This document shows positions 40,008-40,535 of a DNA stretch of 40,535 nt, in pieces. The position numbers and the translations under genes are program-made. Every line of letters begins with the position of its first letter. The first letter of the stretch is position 1. The notes beneath the pieces are model-generated. The model saw only the letters and a list, made by a program, of their open reading frames with translations, was not told where the DNA came from and did no database searches. This stretch comes from a virus. The stretch spans positions 1 to 40,535 of IMG/VR virus record IMGVR_UViG_3300031576_000144. One strand, 5' to 3'.

Positions 40008-40502
40008 TCATGCCCCCATGAAGTACTTCTTCAGCGCCTTGCGCATCTTATCGATCGTGACCTTCCCGAATCGCATGTAGGGGCGGATCTTGTTCGTGAA
40101 CTTAGCATACGAGAACGGTCGGCCCTTATACGCTGCGACCTGCACCCCTGGATCGAGGGACACCTCGAACACCTTCGGGGTGATGAGCCGGCGGTGGGCG
40201 GTCAGGTCTTCACCAGTCACGTTCTTCACCAGGAAAGAGGACTGAACCATCATGACATTCCCGGCTCCAGGAGCTCCGGCCCACCGTTTCCGCTTGCTGA
40301 TCTTCGTCGCTGGACTCAGCTCCGCCCAGCGGTCCCCCTCGCTGGAGTTCTCCGTCTCCCACCGCCGCTTCTGGGAGGCGACATAGATCTTGTAGATGTC
40401 CCTGGCGAACATGGCCTGAGCGTTCCCAGCCTTCGCGACCAGGCCCTTGTGGAACTCCTCTACCGCGTTCTTCGTGTTGATGAGTCCAGATTTCCCAGCC
40501 AT
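40008..40502 (-). CDS. Head-tail joining / virion morphogenesis protein (HK97 gp10 / Mu gpG-like)
   Basis: 164 aa. The segment RRWETENSSEGDRWAELSPATKISKRK...VMMVQSSFL resembles virion-morphogenesis/tail-completion families. Its start codon lies in the terminal repeat. Confidence 0.45.
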   Translation of the reverse strand: MAGKSGLINTKNAVEEFHKGLVAKAGNAQAMFARDIYKIYVASQKRRWETENSSEGDRWAELSPATKISKRKRWAGAPGAGNVMMVQSSFLVKNVTGEDLTAHRRLITPKVFEVSLDPGVQVAAYKGRPFSYAKFTNKIRPYMRFGKVTIDKMRKALKKYFMGA

Positions 40503-40535
40503 CAGCCTTCACCGTTCGCACGAACGACGAGCTCG
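40409..40535. repeat. Terminal direct repeat, copy 2 (identical to 1-127)
   Basis: Same 127 nt as the window start. The unit genome length is therefore 40408 bp. Confidence 0.95.

Overview
The window is one complete, circularly closed genome of about 40.4 kb from a GC-rich, siphovirus-like tailed phage. The two window ends share an exact 127-bp overlap. Coding density is very high and most genes are translationally coupled through ATGA or GTGA overlaps. About 37 kb is read on the minus strand, starting from a single divergent control region at 24439-24661. The minus-strand order is as follows. (1) Early recombination and replication genes: Erf, SSB, DnaB-like helicase, HNH, J-domain protein, RusA. 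(2) Packaging genes: an HTH/TerS-like protein, a ParB-methyltransferase fusion, TerL. (3) A lipoprotein / signal-peptide fibre / small membrane protein insert. (4) Head genes: MuF-like, portal, scaffold/protease-like, decoration-like, HK97-like major capsid. (5) Across the window junction: neck genes, major tail protein, a G/GT tail chaperone pair with an A10 slippery run, tape measure, tail tip and fibre genes. (6) A lysis cassette (M15-like peptidase, membrane proteins, overlapped spanin pair) ending at 27511. Only two units lie on the plus strand. One is a coupled accessory operon at 24662-27514, which includes a stand-alone Topo VI-A/Spo11-like (Mini-A-like) protein and an RHH protein. The other is a lone inverted RNase HI gene preceded by about 600 bp of highly structured non-coding DNA that ends in a strong minus-strand terminator. 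I could not recognise an integrase, CI-like repressor, DNA polymerase, primase, tRNA or CRISPR array. Spanins and lipoproteins point to a Gram-negative host. The best candidates for something new are the plus-strand accessory operon, the secreted fibre-like proteins, the acidic (Gly-X)n repeat protein and the structured non-coding locus next to rnhA. All functional calls rest on motifs read by eye and on gene order. No database search was possible.
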